A DNA stretch of 64,000 nucleotides from a virus. The notes under the pieces are model-generated. The model was given only the letters and a program-made list of their open reading frames with translations, did not search any database and was not told the DNA's origin. Both the position numbers and the translations under genes were made by a program. The stretch lies in the IMG/VR virus record IMGVR_UViG_3300011718_000012, positions 8,502 to 72,501 of that record. One strand, given 5' to 3'. This document shows, piece by piece, positions 1 through 10,314 of the stretch (position 1 is its first letter; each line of letters starts with the position of its first letter).

Positions 1-61
1 GACTTTACTAACGCCGCTGATGTATTATTCCATGAAGAGCAGGTCATATTTTTAATATAAA

Positions 62-300
62 TTGACTGGTGCGCTAATTTTTACAGGAACATCACCGATA
101 CATATTACCGCCTCCATTGCTTTTTTAAGCGCGTGTACATTTGTACGACTGGCGGCTGTACCGGTGACCTTTTCCGAAACTGTCGTGGATGCTGCTGGGC
201 CAAAAGGTTCTTTGAAAGGGGCGTTACTCACTCTGACTTCAAAACCAACCGCCGTTGTTCTTATCGTACCAGGCTCCGGGCCGACCGATAAGGATGGAAA
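62..300 (+). pseudogene. N-terminal fragment of an alpha/beta hydrolase
   Basis: Motif VVLIVPGSGPTDKDG resembles the GSGPTDRDG motif of a secreted alpha/beta hydrolase family. Similarity stops at about 300, just before the next operon. Confidence 0.45.
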
Positions 301-324
301 ATTAAGACCTGCTGAGGATAAGAA

Positions 325-2529
325 ATGCCAATGGAATCACCTGAAATTCAGCTCAAGGCTCTGAATAATGCTTTGCGTCGTTTACATGGGGCCTGTTCCG
401 CACTGGACGGTGAGGAGCTTGATGAAAAATTACTTGAGGTCATGCGACGACTGCTGCTTGCTGAGGTGCTCGCCGATACCTGGATTGTGGCGATAGGTGG
501 CTCGCAGGGGGCAGGTAAAACGACACTGATGGCGAGCCTGTATAACCTGCATCATGACAATAGCGGCTGGTTACGCAGTAATGAAGGACGCGGCGAGAAA
601 ATGCCGGTACTGATCCTCGAGAGTCGTGAGACTAAAGTAGCGCAGGGTTATGTCCGCCGCCTGGTCGAAACTGGAAATGGTTTGACGCTGGATGATATCG
701 GCGTCGACGTCAACGAGTTTCAGCGCGCGGTCTGCGATCCTGATGCCGGGGATTTACTGCCGATACTGAAGGTACCGCAGCGTTATTTTACCCGCAATAA
801 CCAGGCCTGGTTACTGCTTCCTGGTTATGAAAAACAAGAGCGTGAAAATCGTGAGTGGCAGGAACTGATGCGTCAGGCGATGATAGCGGCAGGCGGTTGT
901 ATTATCGTGACCGATGAGACGCGACTGGCAAACCAGCAGCAGCTCGAAATCGTCAAAGATATGCTGGAAAAAGAGCTTAAGAATTGTAAACCTTATATTG
1001 TTATCTCCAAGACAGAAGCGTTTCGCCACAATCCGCAACGTCAAGCTGAATTAAGAAAAAGCGCGGCCGAAACCTTCAATGTCGCTGCCGAATATGCCGA
1101 TAACAACATTATTTTAACCGGCACCGACGATCCGGAATACGTAACAGAATGGATGCCGCACCTTCGTCGGGCCATTGACGACCTTAACTTTTCCGGACAA
1201 ACCAACCGTTATCTCCAGTTAACCCACCTTACTGGGATTGTTAGTAAGGATCTGCCGCGCGTCATGAATATGATCCGCACCCAGTCACGTCTGTATTACC
1301 ACAGTGATAAAGGCGGCCAGGACGATGGCAGCCAGGTGCTGGCCGAAGCTCTGGAAGTGTTTGACACTGCCGTGCAGGAACTGCGGGAGGAGCATACCAA
1401 AAAGGTAAAAATGTGCATCGCTAAAACTTTTGAGGCGGCGAAGGCTAATATGGACCGCAGGCTGGTCAAGGAGCATGAGGGATTTGCCAACTGGATATCG
1501 AATGCATTTGATACCACCAGTGAGACAAAAGGCAAATTGCAGCAACTGGTTCAGGATTCATGGCAGGACGCATCAGCTGATTTCTTCGACGACTATGTGA
1601 ACAGTCTGCAACAATTGACGGCGGCGAAACTCAAGCCCATTCCAAACGGCAACGATCGCCCAAACTTGCCTGTATCACCGAAGCTGGAGAAGCTGGTAGC
1701 ACTTGGCTATATGAATAGCGCCGGGCAGCCCGTACAACACGAACAGCTGGATGCGGAAAAAATAAGTAATATCAAAATGTTGCTAAATCATGGTGCCACG
1801 TCGAATGCGGAAAACATCCCAGTGGTGAATAAACAGCTGAGGAAGAGCGTGGAATTGATCCCGGTACTCTCGCTAGAGTACACCCGCCTTGTGTACGCCA
1901 TGCCTGAGATTTGCAAAGAGCTGCGGCCCTACGTCACGCTTGAGCAGGACGATGGCGAGACATCCGCGGGTAACGTCGCGGCAGAAGGGGTTCAAACTCT
2001 CAACGCAGGGGTTGATCTTGGCAAGACCGCAATAAAATCACTGGCCGCGGTGCTGGCGATTGACGTTGTCAGCGATGGCGATTCCGATATCCTCGGCGCG
2101 CTCTTTGGCCAGGATAAGCCTTCTGCTGACCCGACGGGTTCACCTCTTCCCCCCGCACCGGTGATGATGCATCCTGCTGCCGTTGCGGTAACAGCTGTTG
2201 TGGCGGCGGCCTACGTGACCGCGGCTGCAGTAACGCGAATGCGTACCTTTGAGAAAAAAGCGAGCAGCCAGGCACACGTCATGCTTGCCAGTGTTCATGA
2301 CCACCATATTGAGCATTTACGCAATCAATTCGATGACACGATGAGCGCGGCGCGTAAGCGGATTAGCGAAACGTTACGTGCGCGTTATCACATGGACGAA
2401 ATGCTGATGCGCAAGGATCGGCTCGCGAAAGCCATCGCCGATGTGAATGCCCTTATCGACGACTTGCGCACTGAGCTGGGTTCATCGGCTACGGGCCTGC
2501 AAGTATTAATCACCAGCCGTGGTGAGTGA
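325..2529 (+). CDS. Dynamin-like P-loop GTPase A (734 aa)
   Basis: G1 GSQGAGKTT, G3 position LLLPGY (no Asp), G4-like SKTE, long helical region, C-terminal hydrophobic stretch AVAVTAVVAAAYVTAAAV. First gene of a 3-gene operon. Confidence 0.65.
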   Translation: MPMESPEIQLKALNNALRRLHGACSALDGEELDEKLLEVMRRLLLAEVLADTWIVAIGGSQGAGKTTLMASLYNLHHDNSGWLRSNEGRGEKMPVLILESRETKVAQGYVRRLVETGNGLTLDDIGVDVNEFQRAVCDPDAGDLLPILKVPQRYFTRNNQAWLLLPGYEKQERENREWQELMRQAMIAAGGCIIVTDETRLANQQQLEIVKDMLEKELKNCKPYIVISKTEAFRHNPQRQAELRKSAAETFNVAAEYADNNIILTGTDDPEYVTEWMPHLRRAIDDLNFSGQTNRYLQLTHLTGIVSKDLPRVMNMIRTQSRLYYHSDKGGQDDGSQVLAEALEVFDTAVQELREEHTKKVKMCIAKTFEAAKANMDRRLVKEHEGFANWISNAFDTTSETKGKLQQLVQDSWQDASADFFDDYVNSLQQLTAAKLKPIPNGNDRPNLPVSPKLEKLVALGYMNSAGQPVQHEQLDAEKISNIKMLLNHGATSNAENIPVVNKQLRKSVELIPVLSLEYTRLVYAMPEICKELRPYVTLEQDDGETSAGNVAAEGVQTLNAGVDLGKTAIKSLAAVLAIDVVSDGDSDILGALFGQDKPSADPTGSPLPPAPVMMHPAAVAVTAVVAAAYVTAAAVTRMRTFEKKASSQAHVMLASVHDHHIEHLRNQFDDTMSAARKRISETLRARYHMDEMLMRKDRLAKAIADVNALIDDLRTELGSSATGLQVLITSRGE

Positions 2530-4462
2530 GATGACATCCGGGAAAGTTATTGATTATTGGCAGCGGTTAGAGTCACGGCAGTCGGAGTGGGCTTTTCGCG
2601 CCTACGATCGGCTGATTAAGACATTAAGTCATGAAGTTCAGGAAAGGATACAACTTAAGGAAAGCGATGCCGAACCGTACGTGGTCATATTTGGTAAGAC
2701 GCAGGTCGGCAAAACCACCTTACTGCTCGATCTGATGGATATCGATCTGCAGCAGATGGCAACGCTATCGCACGTGCTACGCGGCGGGCGGGAAGCCGGA
2801 AAATCATCCACCGCCACCGCCATGGAATATCGTCGTTCAACGGACCAGCGCTGGGGATTGTTTGTGCAATCGAAAACGCACTGGTTTGCCTCTGACGACG
2901 ATATGACAGAGACCTTAGCGCAGCTCAGAAAGCAGATGGAACGGGGTGAACTGGTTGTTGATTCTCCCTGTATTGTGCATATTCCGAGGCGTTTTTTCAG
3001 GATAAAAACTTCGGGAGCGCCCGGCGTGCGTATTCTGGATCTGCCTGGTGATAATCCCGCCAATATGGAAGAGCAAAAGCATGTAAATCACATGGCGAAG
3101 ACCTATCTTCCCTTCGCTGATTTGGTCCTGCTGATTGGTCGTGGCGACGATTTGAGCTTCCTGCAGCCACAGGTTATCACCCTGCCGGGTATTGAGGACT
3201 GGCAGGCGATGCCGCATCGGTTTCGTATCGTGACGACCTATTCTTACTCAGCGCAGTCGGTGAAGACGCTGATTCGCAACGATCCGGCTTTCGATATCGT
3301 GCAGTTACGTCAGCGCCTTATTGAACAAATTGAACGCTTTAGCAACCTGAGCGACGCGGCGAAAGATCGGAACCTCTACTTTCCGCTCGAGTTTGGCAGC
3401 AGTTGGCTGAGTATGGCCGAAAACGATACCGCCCTTTATGCCCGCGTAGCCCCCATGGTCAGCCGCTTGCGTAGCGAACTGTTGGAACAAATTGCAACAT
3501 CGACAAGCCCACTCGGACGGCTGCGAAGTACCCTGGATACTCACCTCAGCGTTAAATATATCCAGGATGAAAAAACGGCGGCAATCGAAAGAGAACTGCT
3601 GGGGCTAAAAAAACAGCAACAAGAGACAAAAGATAAACTGACAGTCTGGAAAAACGCTATTACTCAGACGCAGCAGAAATTAAAAAAAACGGAGAGGTTA
3701 TTAAAAGATAACGCTTTACCTGTCAGCCGACGGCTTATCGATAAAGCTGCGGAAGAGGCTGCAAACTTTAAATTGAAGGGAAGTTACAGCAGTGAAAAAT
3801 GTACCACCTTACATACCATGATCGCCGACTATTGCTCTAAAATTAAGAATATCCAGCTGGATGTGAAAAATAAGACGGTCTACTGGCAAAAAGTGGCCCG
3901 CAACAAAGTTGAACCTACGAGACAGGCGGTTCAGGATATTCTTGATGAAAACTTTAGTGCTATTCGCTATAGGCTCAATGACTACTGGATCGACACCTAT
4001 CTTAGTTCTGCGAATTATTTATCGGATAAAAACAGTGTCATCCATGCCGCTGATAATGCCAAAGTGGAAGTCATTCGGTTGTGGACCTCACAATGGATGG
4101 CTGCCGCAGAGAACGTCCATAATCAATACAAAAGCGAACTCACCAAAGATGGGGTAATTCTCGAGGAGTTGCGGGTAGAGCAGAATAAATCCCTTCAGAA
4201 ACAGATATCACTTAAGCAACAGGCCGTATCGTGCGAAGACGAGTTAAAGAGAATTGCTGTTGAATCACAAGAGGATCTTGTCCGCTGCGAGCAGTTTGTT
4301 CACTTTCTTGATGAAGAGTATCTCAAAACATTAAGTACGCGTCTGGATTCAGCCTTTCAGGAACGTGATGATTGTGATGCGTTATTACAAGTTTTATCCT
4401 GCGTTGCGTTGAAAAATCAGCGGGAAGATTTAATGAATTTAACTGAAAAGTATTCTGGATAA
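2519..4462 (+). CDS. Dynamin-like P-loop GTPase B (647 aa)
   Basis: G1 GKTQVGKTT, G2-like STAT, G3 ILDLPG, long C-terminal coiled coils. Overlaps the upstream stop. Confidence 0.7.
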   Translation: MVSEMTSGKVIDYWQRLESRQSEWAFRAYDRLIKTLSHEVQERIQLKESDAEPYVVIFGKTQVGKTTLLLDLMDIDLQQMATLSHVLRGGREAGKSSTATAMEYRRSTDQRWGLFVQSKTHWFASDDDMTETLAQLRKQMERGELVVDSPCIVHIPRRFFRIKTSGAPGVRILDLPGDNPANMEEQKHVNHMAKTYLPFADLVLLIGRGDDLSFLQPQVITLPGIEDWQAMPHRFRIVTTYSYSAQSVKTLIRNDPAFDIVQLRQRLIEQIERFSNLSDAAKDRNLYFPLEFGSSWLSMAENDTALYARVAPMVSRLRSELLEQIATSTSPLGRLRSTLDTHLSVKYIQDEKTAAIERELLGLKKQQQETKDKLTVWKNAITQTQQKLKKTERLLKDNALPVSRRLIDKAAEEAANFKLKGSYSSEKCTTLHTMIADYCSKIKNIQLDVKNKTVYWQKVARNKVEPTRQAVQDILDENFSAIRYRLNDYWIDTYLSSANYLSDKNSVIHAADNAKVEVIRLWTSQWMAAAENVHNQYKSELTKDGVILEELRVEQNKSLQKQISLKQQAVSCEDELKRIAVESQEDLVRCEQFVHFLDEEYLKTLSTRLDSAFQERDDCDALLQVLSCVALKNQREDLMNLTEKYSG

Positions 4463-4465
4463 GGC

Positions 4466-5443
4466 ATGAACGTGACCAGTGAAATAAAAAATAAAGAAAA
4501 ATCGCTCGCCGAGTTAATGGTAAAAATACTCAAGGAGCCGCTCAATCCCCTTGAGAGTTCGTTAAAAAAACTCAACACAGAGGTTCTGGACACCAAAGAT
4601 AAGGTTGAAGAAATCAATGATGCCATTAATGCGGTAGGTGCAAACACCGAAGAAATCATTAATCCACTGAAAAAATCGTTACGTGAGCTGCAAGACGACG
4701 ATGTCCCTGGGGCGATAAGTAAGCTGAGAGATTTTATTTCGACTCAGGTTGAAGAAAAAAAACAGAATATTAGTGCCGCGCTTAGCCAACAATCGGCACA
4801 CTATGATAGCCAGCTGAAAGCCGCGACCGGTGAGGTCTTTGAAAAACTGTCGGATGTTCTTGGCCAGCAAAATGAGAGTGTCCAGGCAGCAATACAGCAG
4901 TATCAGCAAACGGGTATCGACAGTGCTGAGGCCTTATTGCAGCAACTGCTGAATGCTAACCGCTTCCTGGAGGAAACCTGCGCTGCGAATGCCAGCGAGC
5001 AACAGTCGACGCGAGAGCGTGACCAGCGGTTGGCTGAACGGCTGGAAAGTGTCATGCAGGCCCAGCAGCAAATAAAGCAGTCGATAAGCGAACTTGACCA
5101 GCAGCTCAAGGGCGTGAGCCAAGGTGTGCAAACGACGCGAACCATGCTCGCGGAACGGCAGGAAAGCGATCGGAGGCAAGTGTTAAGCAGCCTTGAAACG
5201 TTGTCTTCCGACGTCCCGGCAGCACTGGTGCAGCATTTGACCCCACTAACCCAGGCAATTGAGTCTCTGCAAACCAGCCAGCAGGCGTTGACCGAGGCAG
5301 TGAGCCAGCAAAAGAGCTATCTGGAGGCGCAAATTGCCGCTAGTCAGGGTAGATTCCGCTACGTTGTCATCATTTTTGCCCTGTTTGCTACCTCAACGCT
5401 AGCTTATATCGGCTATGACATCTGGAAAAATTTATCTCCCTGA
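4466..5443 (+). CDS. Coiled-coil protein with C-terminal membrane anchor (325 aa)
   Basis: Q/L/E-rich heptads throughout and a single C-terminal hydrophobic helix YVVIIFALFATSTLAYIGY. Starts 3 bp after the upstream stop. Confidence 0.75.
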   Translation: MNVTSEIKNKEKSLAELMVKILKEPLNPLESSLKKLNTEVLDTKDKVEEINDAINAVGANTEEIINPLKKSLRELQDDDVPGAISKLRDFISTQVEEKKQNISAALSQQSAHYDSQLKAATGEVFEKLSDVLGQQNESVQAAIQQYQQTGIDSAEALLQQLLNANRFLEETCAANASEQQSTRERDQRLAERLESVMQAQQQIKQSISELDQQLKGVSQGVQTTRTMLAERQESDRRQVLSSLETLSSDVPAALVQHLTPLTQAIESLQTSQQALTEAVSQQKSYLEAQIAASQGRFRYVVIIFALFATSTLAYIGYDIWKNLSP

Positions 5444-5518
5444 CAGGGCGAAATTGCGTGGCGTCTAACGCGACAGAGCCATTATTTTTTGAGTTGTGTA
5501 TAAGGTTAGACAGCCTTG

Positions 5519-5616
5519 TGACTTGCTCCCCTTTGGATGCTGTTAGCTATGTCCGCAGATCGCTCTGAACAGACCTTACGGTGTTTTAGGCTGTACGCTT
5601 TGTGCCAAAAGCAGGT
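5519..5616 (+). repeat. Cassette-junction site: IS407-like end plus box1-18 nt-box2
   Basis: tgacttgctcccc at 5519, box1 gtccgcagatcgctctgaacagac 5551-5574, 18-nt spacer, box2 gtacgctttgtgccaaaagcaggt 5593-5616. Confidence 0.7.
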
Positions 5617-5796
5617 GTAGTGAGCTGCTCCCACTACAGTAAGTTTTAAATGCAAGTGTTGAACTCTTGCAATTAACGGCCGATGATAAGAAAAGAATAA
5701 AGTAAAATTGCGAAGAGCCTTCGCTGTTAAATTTTATGAACTTTTTGCCAGAAGACGCCTTTCCAAAGTCTATGTAATGCATTTAGAGGGAGTTTT

Positions 5797-7581
5797 ATGT
5801 ATTTATCAAAACTCGGAATCCGCAACTTCAGAAATTTTGAGGCGGTTGATATTCCCCTTGCAGGTAATGTTGTGTTATTAGGGGAAAATCGTGTCGGTAA
5901 AAGTAATTTGCTTTTCGCAATTCGACTGGTTATTGATCCCACTCTGCCTGATTCAGCCAGGCAGCTTAAGCTGTCAGATTTCTGGGATGGCTGTGGCCTT
6001 GAATCAAACCCTCAAATTGAGGTGCACCTTGAATTTGCCGATTTCGACAGTGACCCTTCCCTCGAAGCTCTGTTGACCGATTTTCGTATAGCAGAGGATC
6101 CTACCGTAGCAAGGTTGAGCTACATTTTTCGTAAAAAAGAAGAAGTAGATGGGGCTCCACGTTCGGGTGAGGACTGTGAATTTATTGTTTTTGGCGGAGG
6201 TCAGGAATCGCGAACCATTCCTGGACGCGTAAGGCGACGGATCTCCATTGATATGCTGGACGCGTTACGCGATGCAGAAGCACAACTTGCTTCCTGGCGA
6301 AACTCCCCGCTACGTCCCTTATTGGAAGATGCATTCTCTTCACTAAGCCGAGCCGATTTGGATCGCGTAGCAACTGAGCTTCAGACAGCAACGGAAACCA
6401 TGGAGAAGTTCCCATCAATTAAGGAGCTCGAAGATTCTCTGCGCGATGGTATTCTTGACCTGGCTGGAACTGCTCACGATTTAGATGCCCGCCTCCGTTT
6501 TGCACCTGCTGACCCTCTCAGATTGATGCGTTCTATCTCTATGTTCATTGATGATGGAAAGAGAGGCATTATTGAAGCTAGCCTAGGTTCTGCGAACGTG
6601 GCTCTGATATCACTCAAGCTAGCAGAGTTTGCATGGCGACGTGAAAAAAACGAACGTAATTTCTCCCTGCTTTGTATTGAAGAACCCGAAGCACACCTTC
6701 ACCCACAGCTTCAGCGCGCTGTTTTTGACAAACTCTTCCATAATGCCGACAAAGATCAGTCATTGATTGTAACGAGCCATTCTCCCACACTGGCAACCAT
6801 TGCTCCTCTTCGTTCTATCGTTCGCATTTGCAGGGATCCCGAAGGGCGATCGCGAGCTTTTTCCCTGGCTGAACTGCCAGTAACCAGTGAAGAACTCGAC
6901 GACATTGAACGGTATTTAACAGCAACCAGATCCGAACTGCTTTTTGCTAACGGTGTAATTTTTGTTGAGGGCGATGCTGAGGAGGTTTTACTTCCGGGTT
7001 TCGCACAGGCCATGGGGATCAATCTCGACCAGCTTGGGATTACAGTATGTAACGTAGCGGGAGTTAATTTTGAACCATACGTGAAGCTGGCAGCCAGCCT
7101 CGGACTACCCTTTTCCGTCGTAACCGACTGGGACCCACTGGATGGCACGAAACAACCGATGGGTAAAACACGTTCAATTGGTATCTGGCAGGCATTTAGC
7201 GAGGTATCGGGAAAACTGAAAAAACTGCTCCCTGTTAATATTATTTGGTTGAATAACAATTCTTATGAAGCATGTAAGCCTGTATTTGAAAGGATAGGCA
7301 TTTTCTTAAACGATCAGACGTTTGAAGTCGCCGTGGCCAATACGACTGGCCTCAAAGAAGCGCTGCTGGATATCCTCGATGAACAGGGATTTGGCGTGTT
7401 ACGTTCATCAAGGATTGCTTCATGGCGTGCCGGTATGGTTCCAGACCCGACGCAACTTCTCGCGATGATATCTGACATAGGTAAAGGACGATTGGCTGGC
7501 AAGCTGAAGCAAAAAGCACCTGGGCTTGCGCCGCCGGGGTATATTGCTTCAGCTATTCAGTATGTGTTGTCGAATGTCTGA
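5797..7581 (+). CDS. gajA: Gabija GajA, OLD-family ABC-ATPase/TOPRIM nuclease
   Basis: IRNFRNF start, Walker A GENRVGKS, Walker B IEEPEAHLHP, H-loop TSHSP, TOPRIM FVEGDAE and TDWD. Directly upstream of a UvrD helicase. Confidence 0.88.
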   Translation: MYLSKLGIRNFRNFEAVDIPLAGNVVLLGENRVGKSNLLFAIRLVIDPTLPDSARQLKLSDFWDGCGLESNPQIEVHLEFADFDSDPSLEALLTDFRIAEDPTVARLSYIFRKKEEVDGAPRSGEDCEFIVFGGGQESRTIPGRVRRRISIDMLDALRDAEAQLASWRNSPLRPLLEDAFSSLSRADLDRVATELQTATETMEKFPSIKELEDSLRDGILDLAGTAHDLDARLRFAPADPLRLMRSISMFIDDGKRGIIEASLGSANVALISLKLAEFAWRREKNERNFSLLCIEEPEAHLHPQLQRAVFDKLFHNADKDQSLIVTSHSPTLATIAPLRSIVRICRDPEGRSRAFSLAELPVTSEELDDIERYLTATRSELLFANGVIFVEGDAEEVLLPGFAQAMGINLDQLGITVCNVAGVNFEPYVKLAASLGLPFSVVTDWDPLDGTKQPMGKTRSIGIWQAFSEVSGKLKKLLPVNIIWLNNNSYEACKPVFERIGIFLNDQTFEVAVANTTGLKEALLDILDEQGFGVLRSSRIASWRAGMVPDPTQLLAMISDIGKGRLAGKLKQKAPGLAPPGYIASAIQYVLSNV

Positions 7582-9346
7582 CCGGCGCGCACTTTCAGAG
7601 GCTCTGAATGAGCTATTGCCGAACAGAGAGCAGTACGCTGCGGCCACATATCCCGGCCACTGCGTAGTTATTGCTGGGCCAGGCAGCGGGAAAACCAAAA
7701 CACTGACGACTGCCATGGCACGAGCCCTGATTGAAGATGTCCCTGACCCCCGAGGCGTGGCCTGTATTACTTACAACAATGAATGCGCTTCTGAAATTGA
7801 AGGGCGTCTGGCATGCTTTAACGTCACTGGCGATGATCGGAACTTTATTGGTACCGTGCATAGCTTTGCATTAAATCAGGTTTTAATCCCATATTCACGA
7901 TGTATACCCGGTTTGCTGCCGGATGATTTTCGTGTGGCGACAAGAGAGGAGAGTCGCGCAGCTGTTGAAGTGGCTTACCGCGCTAGATTCGGAGCTGTCG
8001 GAGATCCTCATGCTCGGTGGAAATTTGCAGAAGAGAAACGACGCCGGGATGTGAGCCGACTCCTACCGGCTTGGCGGAATATCAATCCAGAGCTGGCAGA
8101 TTTTATTGATGGTTATGAGGCAGAACTTAGGCGTTTAGGACTGATTGACTTTGATGATATGCCACTCATCGCTTTTCGTATTATTAGCGAGCATGAATGG
8201 GTACGTAGTGCTATCCGGTCGCGCTATCCTGTTTTGTTTGTTGATGAATACCAGGATCTGGGGCACGCTCTTCATGAGTTGGTTCTGCTGCTGTGCTTTA
8301 ATGGTGGAATTCGATTATTTGCGGTAGGTGATGCAGATCAGTCCATTTACGGATTTAATGGTGCAAATCCAGGGCTACTGGATAGTCTTGTTTCACGGGC
8401 AGATGTAAGACCGTTCCGTCTTCGCTTCAACTATCGATCTGGCGCGAAAATTATCAGGGCATCACTAGGGGCGCTGGGAGAAGACCGCGATTATATTGGC
8501 TGCGATGGTAATCCTGAGGGAGAGTTAGGATTCCATGGAATTAAAGGCGATTATGACGCACAGGCGCATTTTATCGCTGATGATCTAATTCCCTCGTTGT
8601 TTGAAAGAGGGTTTCAGCCTGAACGCATCGGGGTTCTTTACCGGGCAGCCTGGCTTGGCGATAAAGTTGCGGATGAGTTCAAGGCCAGAAATATTGCCAT
8701 AATACGTGCTGACAGTAATGCTCTCATTAAGCGCAATTCTCGTCTTGCCCGTTTCATCGAAGCCTGCAGTCAGTGGGTAACTGGGGGATGGAAAGAAGCC
8801 TCTCCACTATTTAACCTCTTACTGAGCCAGGCGCTCTATCTTGTTTATGGCCGCCGCGCAAGCCGTGCTGAAGAACAATTACTGACCGTACAGCTGATCA
8901 CTTTTTTACGAAACGGAATTGATAAAGCGGAAAGTGCCCACGAGTGGCTAAGACGTTTAAATGATGAGATCATCACCGGCTGGATGGCTATCTCACAGAA
9001 CACTCAGCAGGAATGGGATGTCATCTCTGAGTTACTGAAACGAACCGATCCCCTTAGGGGACTGGATGTGGCTCTGGATATATTCGCTGGGAAAGTAGAG
9101 GGAACTGGACGCATCACCCTTAGCACTCTTCATAGTGCAAAAGGCCGAGAATTTGATGTAGCCATAATGTTTGGGGTAAATAAATATGACTTCCCGAGTA
9201 AGCGAGATCTAGCTTCAGATAATGCCCTTCGCGAGGCCCGTCGCCTCTTTTATGTAGGTGTCACCCGTCCCCGAAAAGAGCTGCACATGGTCTATGAAAA
9301 GGGTAAACATTCACCTTGGATTGCCGAATTGTATCATCGCAGCTAG
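7574..9346 (+). CDS. gajB: Gabija GajB, UvrD/Rep-family helicase
   Basis: AGPGSGKT, VDEYQD, GDADQSIY, NYRS, TLHSAKGREFD, FYVGVTR. The ATG at 7574 overlaps the gajA stop (ATGTCTGA). Confidence 0.88.
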   Translation: MSDRRALSEALNELLPNREQYAAATYPGHCVVIAGPGSGKTKTLTTAMARALIEDVPDPRGVACITYNNECASEIEGRLACFNVTGDDRNFIGTVHSFALNQVLIPYSRCIPGLLPDDFRVATREESRAAVEVAYRARFGAVGDPHARWKFAEEKRRRDVSRLLPAWRNINPELADFIDGYEAELRRLGLIDFDDMPLIAFRIISEHEWVRSAIRSRYPVLFVDEYQDLGHALHELVLLLCFNGGIRLFAVGDADQSIYGFNGANPGLLDSLVSRADVRPFRLRFNYRSGAKIIRASLGALGEDRDYIGCDGNPEGELGFHGIKGDYDAQAHFIADDLIPSLFERGFQPERIGVLYRAAWLGDKVADEFKARNIAIIRADSNALIKRNSRLARFIEACSQWVTGGWKEASPLFNLLLSQALYLVYGRRASRAEEQLLTVQLITFLRNGIDKAESAHEWLRRLNDEIITGWMAISQNTQQEWDVISELLKRTDPLRGLDVALDIFAGKVEGTGRITLSTLHSAKGREFDVAIMFGVNKYDFPSKRDLASDNALREARRLFYVGVTRPRKELHMVYEKGKHSPWIAELYHRS

Positions 9347-9368
9347 CAGATATAGAACCTTATGCACC

Positions 9369-9557
9369 TGACCTGTTTCCCGTTGATTGACATACGGCGT
9401 TGTTAGCGTCATCCATGGCACCTTAATTATTAACGTCAGGAGGACGCTAATTACTGAACTGGCGATGCGTACTTGCAAAGTTAAGTGTTGTTATCTCAAG
9501 ACGTTTAGAGTCTTTTGGTGCGACGGGTACCGATTAGACAACACCGTATGGCGGATT
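9369..9557 (+). repeat. About 190-bp direct repeat, copy 1 (begins with an IS407-like left end)
   Basis: Colinear, high similarity to 12342-12530, from tgacctgtttcccgttgattga to gtatggcggatt. Confidence 0.85.
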
Positions 9558-9563
9558 CTTTTC

Positions 9564-9613
9564 GTACAGGGTACTAAACGCATATTGCTTGTAGTACGTA
9601 GTACGAGTATTCT
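9564..9613 (+). promoter_or_regulatory. Putative higBA promoter/operator
   Basis: TTGCTT-N17-TATTCT at 9585-9613. Two GTAC-N3-GTAC palindromes (9564-9574, 9594-9604), the second lying between -35 and -10. Confidence 0.5.
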
Positions 9614-9642
9614 GTCTTCAGAAAACATAAGGGGCCTGTGGA

Positions 9643-9966
9643 ATGAACTATCTGGAGTTTATCGAAACCAGCGCTTTCAGTATGTTGCGTAAGGATCTCA
9701 TGGATGATGATGAATTCCGGGAGTTGCAGACATATTTGCTGGAAGCTCATGATCGTGGAGACACAATCAGTCATACCGGGGGATGCAGAAAGATCCGCTG
9801 GAGTCGCCCTGGAATGGGAAAGCGGGGTGGGGTAAGGGTTATTTACTACCTTCGCCTTGCCAGCGGCAGGTTATACCTGTTGCTGATATATCCAAAGAAC
9901 GCTAAAGACGATCTTAGCGAGAATGAAAAAGCTGTGATGAAGGCACTAGCGCAGCAACTAAAATAG
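9643..9966 (+). CDS. higB: RelE/HigB-family toxin
   Basis: TGGCRKIRW, GKRGGVRVIYY and LLIYPKNAKDDL motifs. Toxin-first order. Confidence 0.85.
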   Translation: MNYLEFIETSAFSMLRKDLMDDDEFRELQTYLLEAHDRGDTISHTGGCRKIRWSRPGMGKRGGVRVIYYLRLASGRLYLLLIYPKNAKDDLSENEKAVMKALAQQLK

Positions 9967-10011
9967 TCGTAACCCTGCAATGGCAGGCCTCTCCGTAACG
10001 AGGATAAATTT

Positions 10012-10314
10012 ATGGAAAAGAAACTTTTTGACGCTTTGATCAACAGTATGCAGGAAATGGTGGCCATAGAAAGCGGTCAGATCCAGCCTGCAGCTGAAAA
10101 TGTTCACCGTCACCCCTTGCCGGACGTGAAGGCCATCCGCAAACATGCGGGGATGAAGCAGGCAGAATTTGCTGAGGTTGTGGGCACCAGTGTCGATTTG
10201 GTTCGTAGCTGGGAACAACAGCGGCGCGTACCTTCAGGTATTGCATTAAAAATGCTGTGGCTTATTGAGCGTGAGCCTGCGCTCCTTAATGTACTTCGTG
10301 GTATTCGCGTTTGA
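10012..10314 (+). CDS. higA: HigA/NadS-type HTH antitoxin
   Basis: Xre HTH DVKAIRKHAGMKQAEFAEVVGTSVDLVRSWEQQRRVP, downstream of the toxin. Confidence 0.85.
   Translation: MEKKLFDALINSMQEMVAIESGQIQPAAENVHRHPLPDVKAIRKHAGMKQAEFAEVVGTSVDLVRSWEQQRRVPSGIALKMLWLIEREPALLNVLRGIRV

Noticed and set aside
7526..7573. Longer gajB N-terminus from the ORF track
   Set aside because: It is a TTG start inside gajA. The ATG at 7574 gives the typical coupled overlap.
9387..9692. 101-aa ORF and its 60-aa counterpart at 12360
   Set aside because: Both are translations of the 190-bp repeat with TTG starts and no RBS, and the first overlaps higB.
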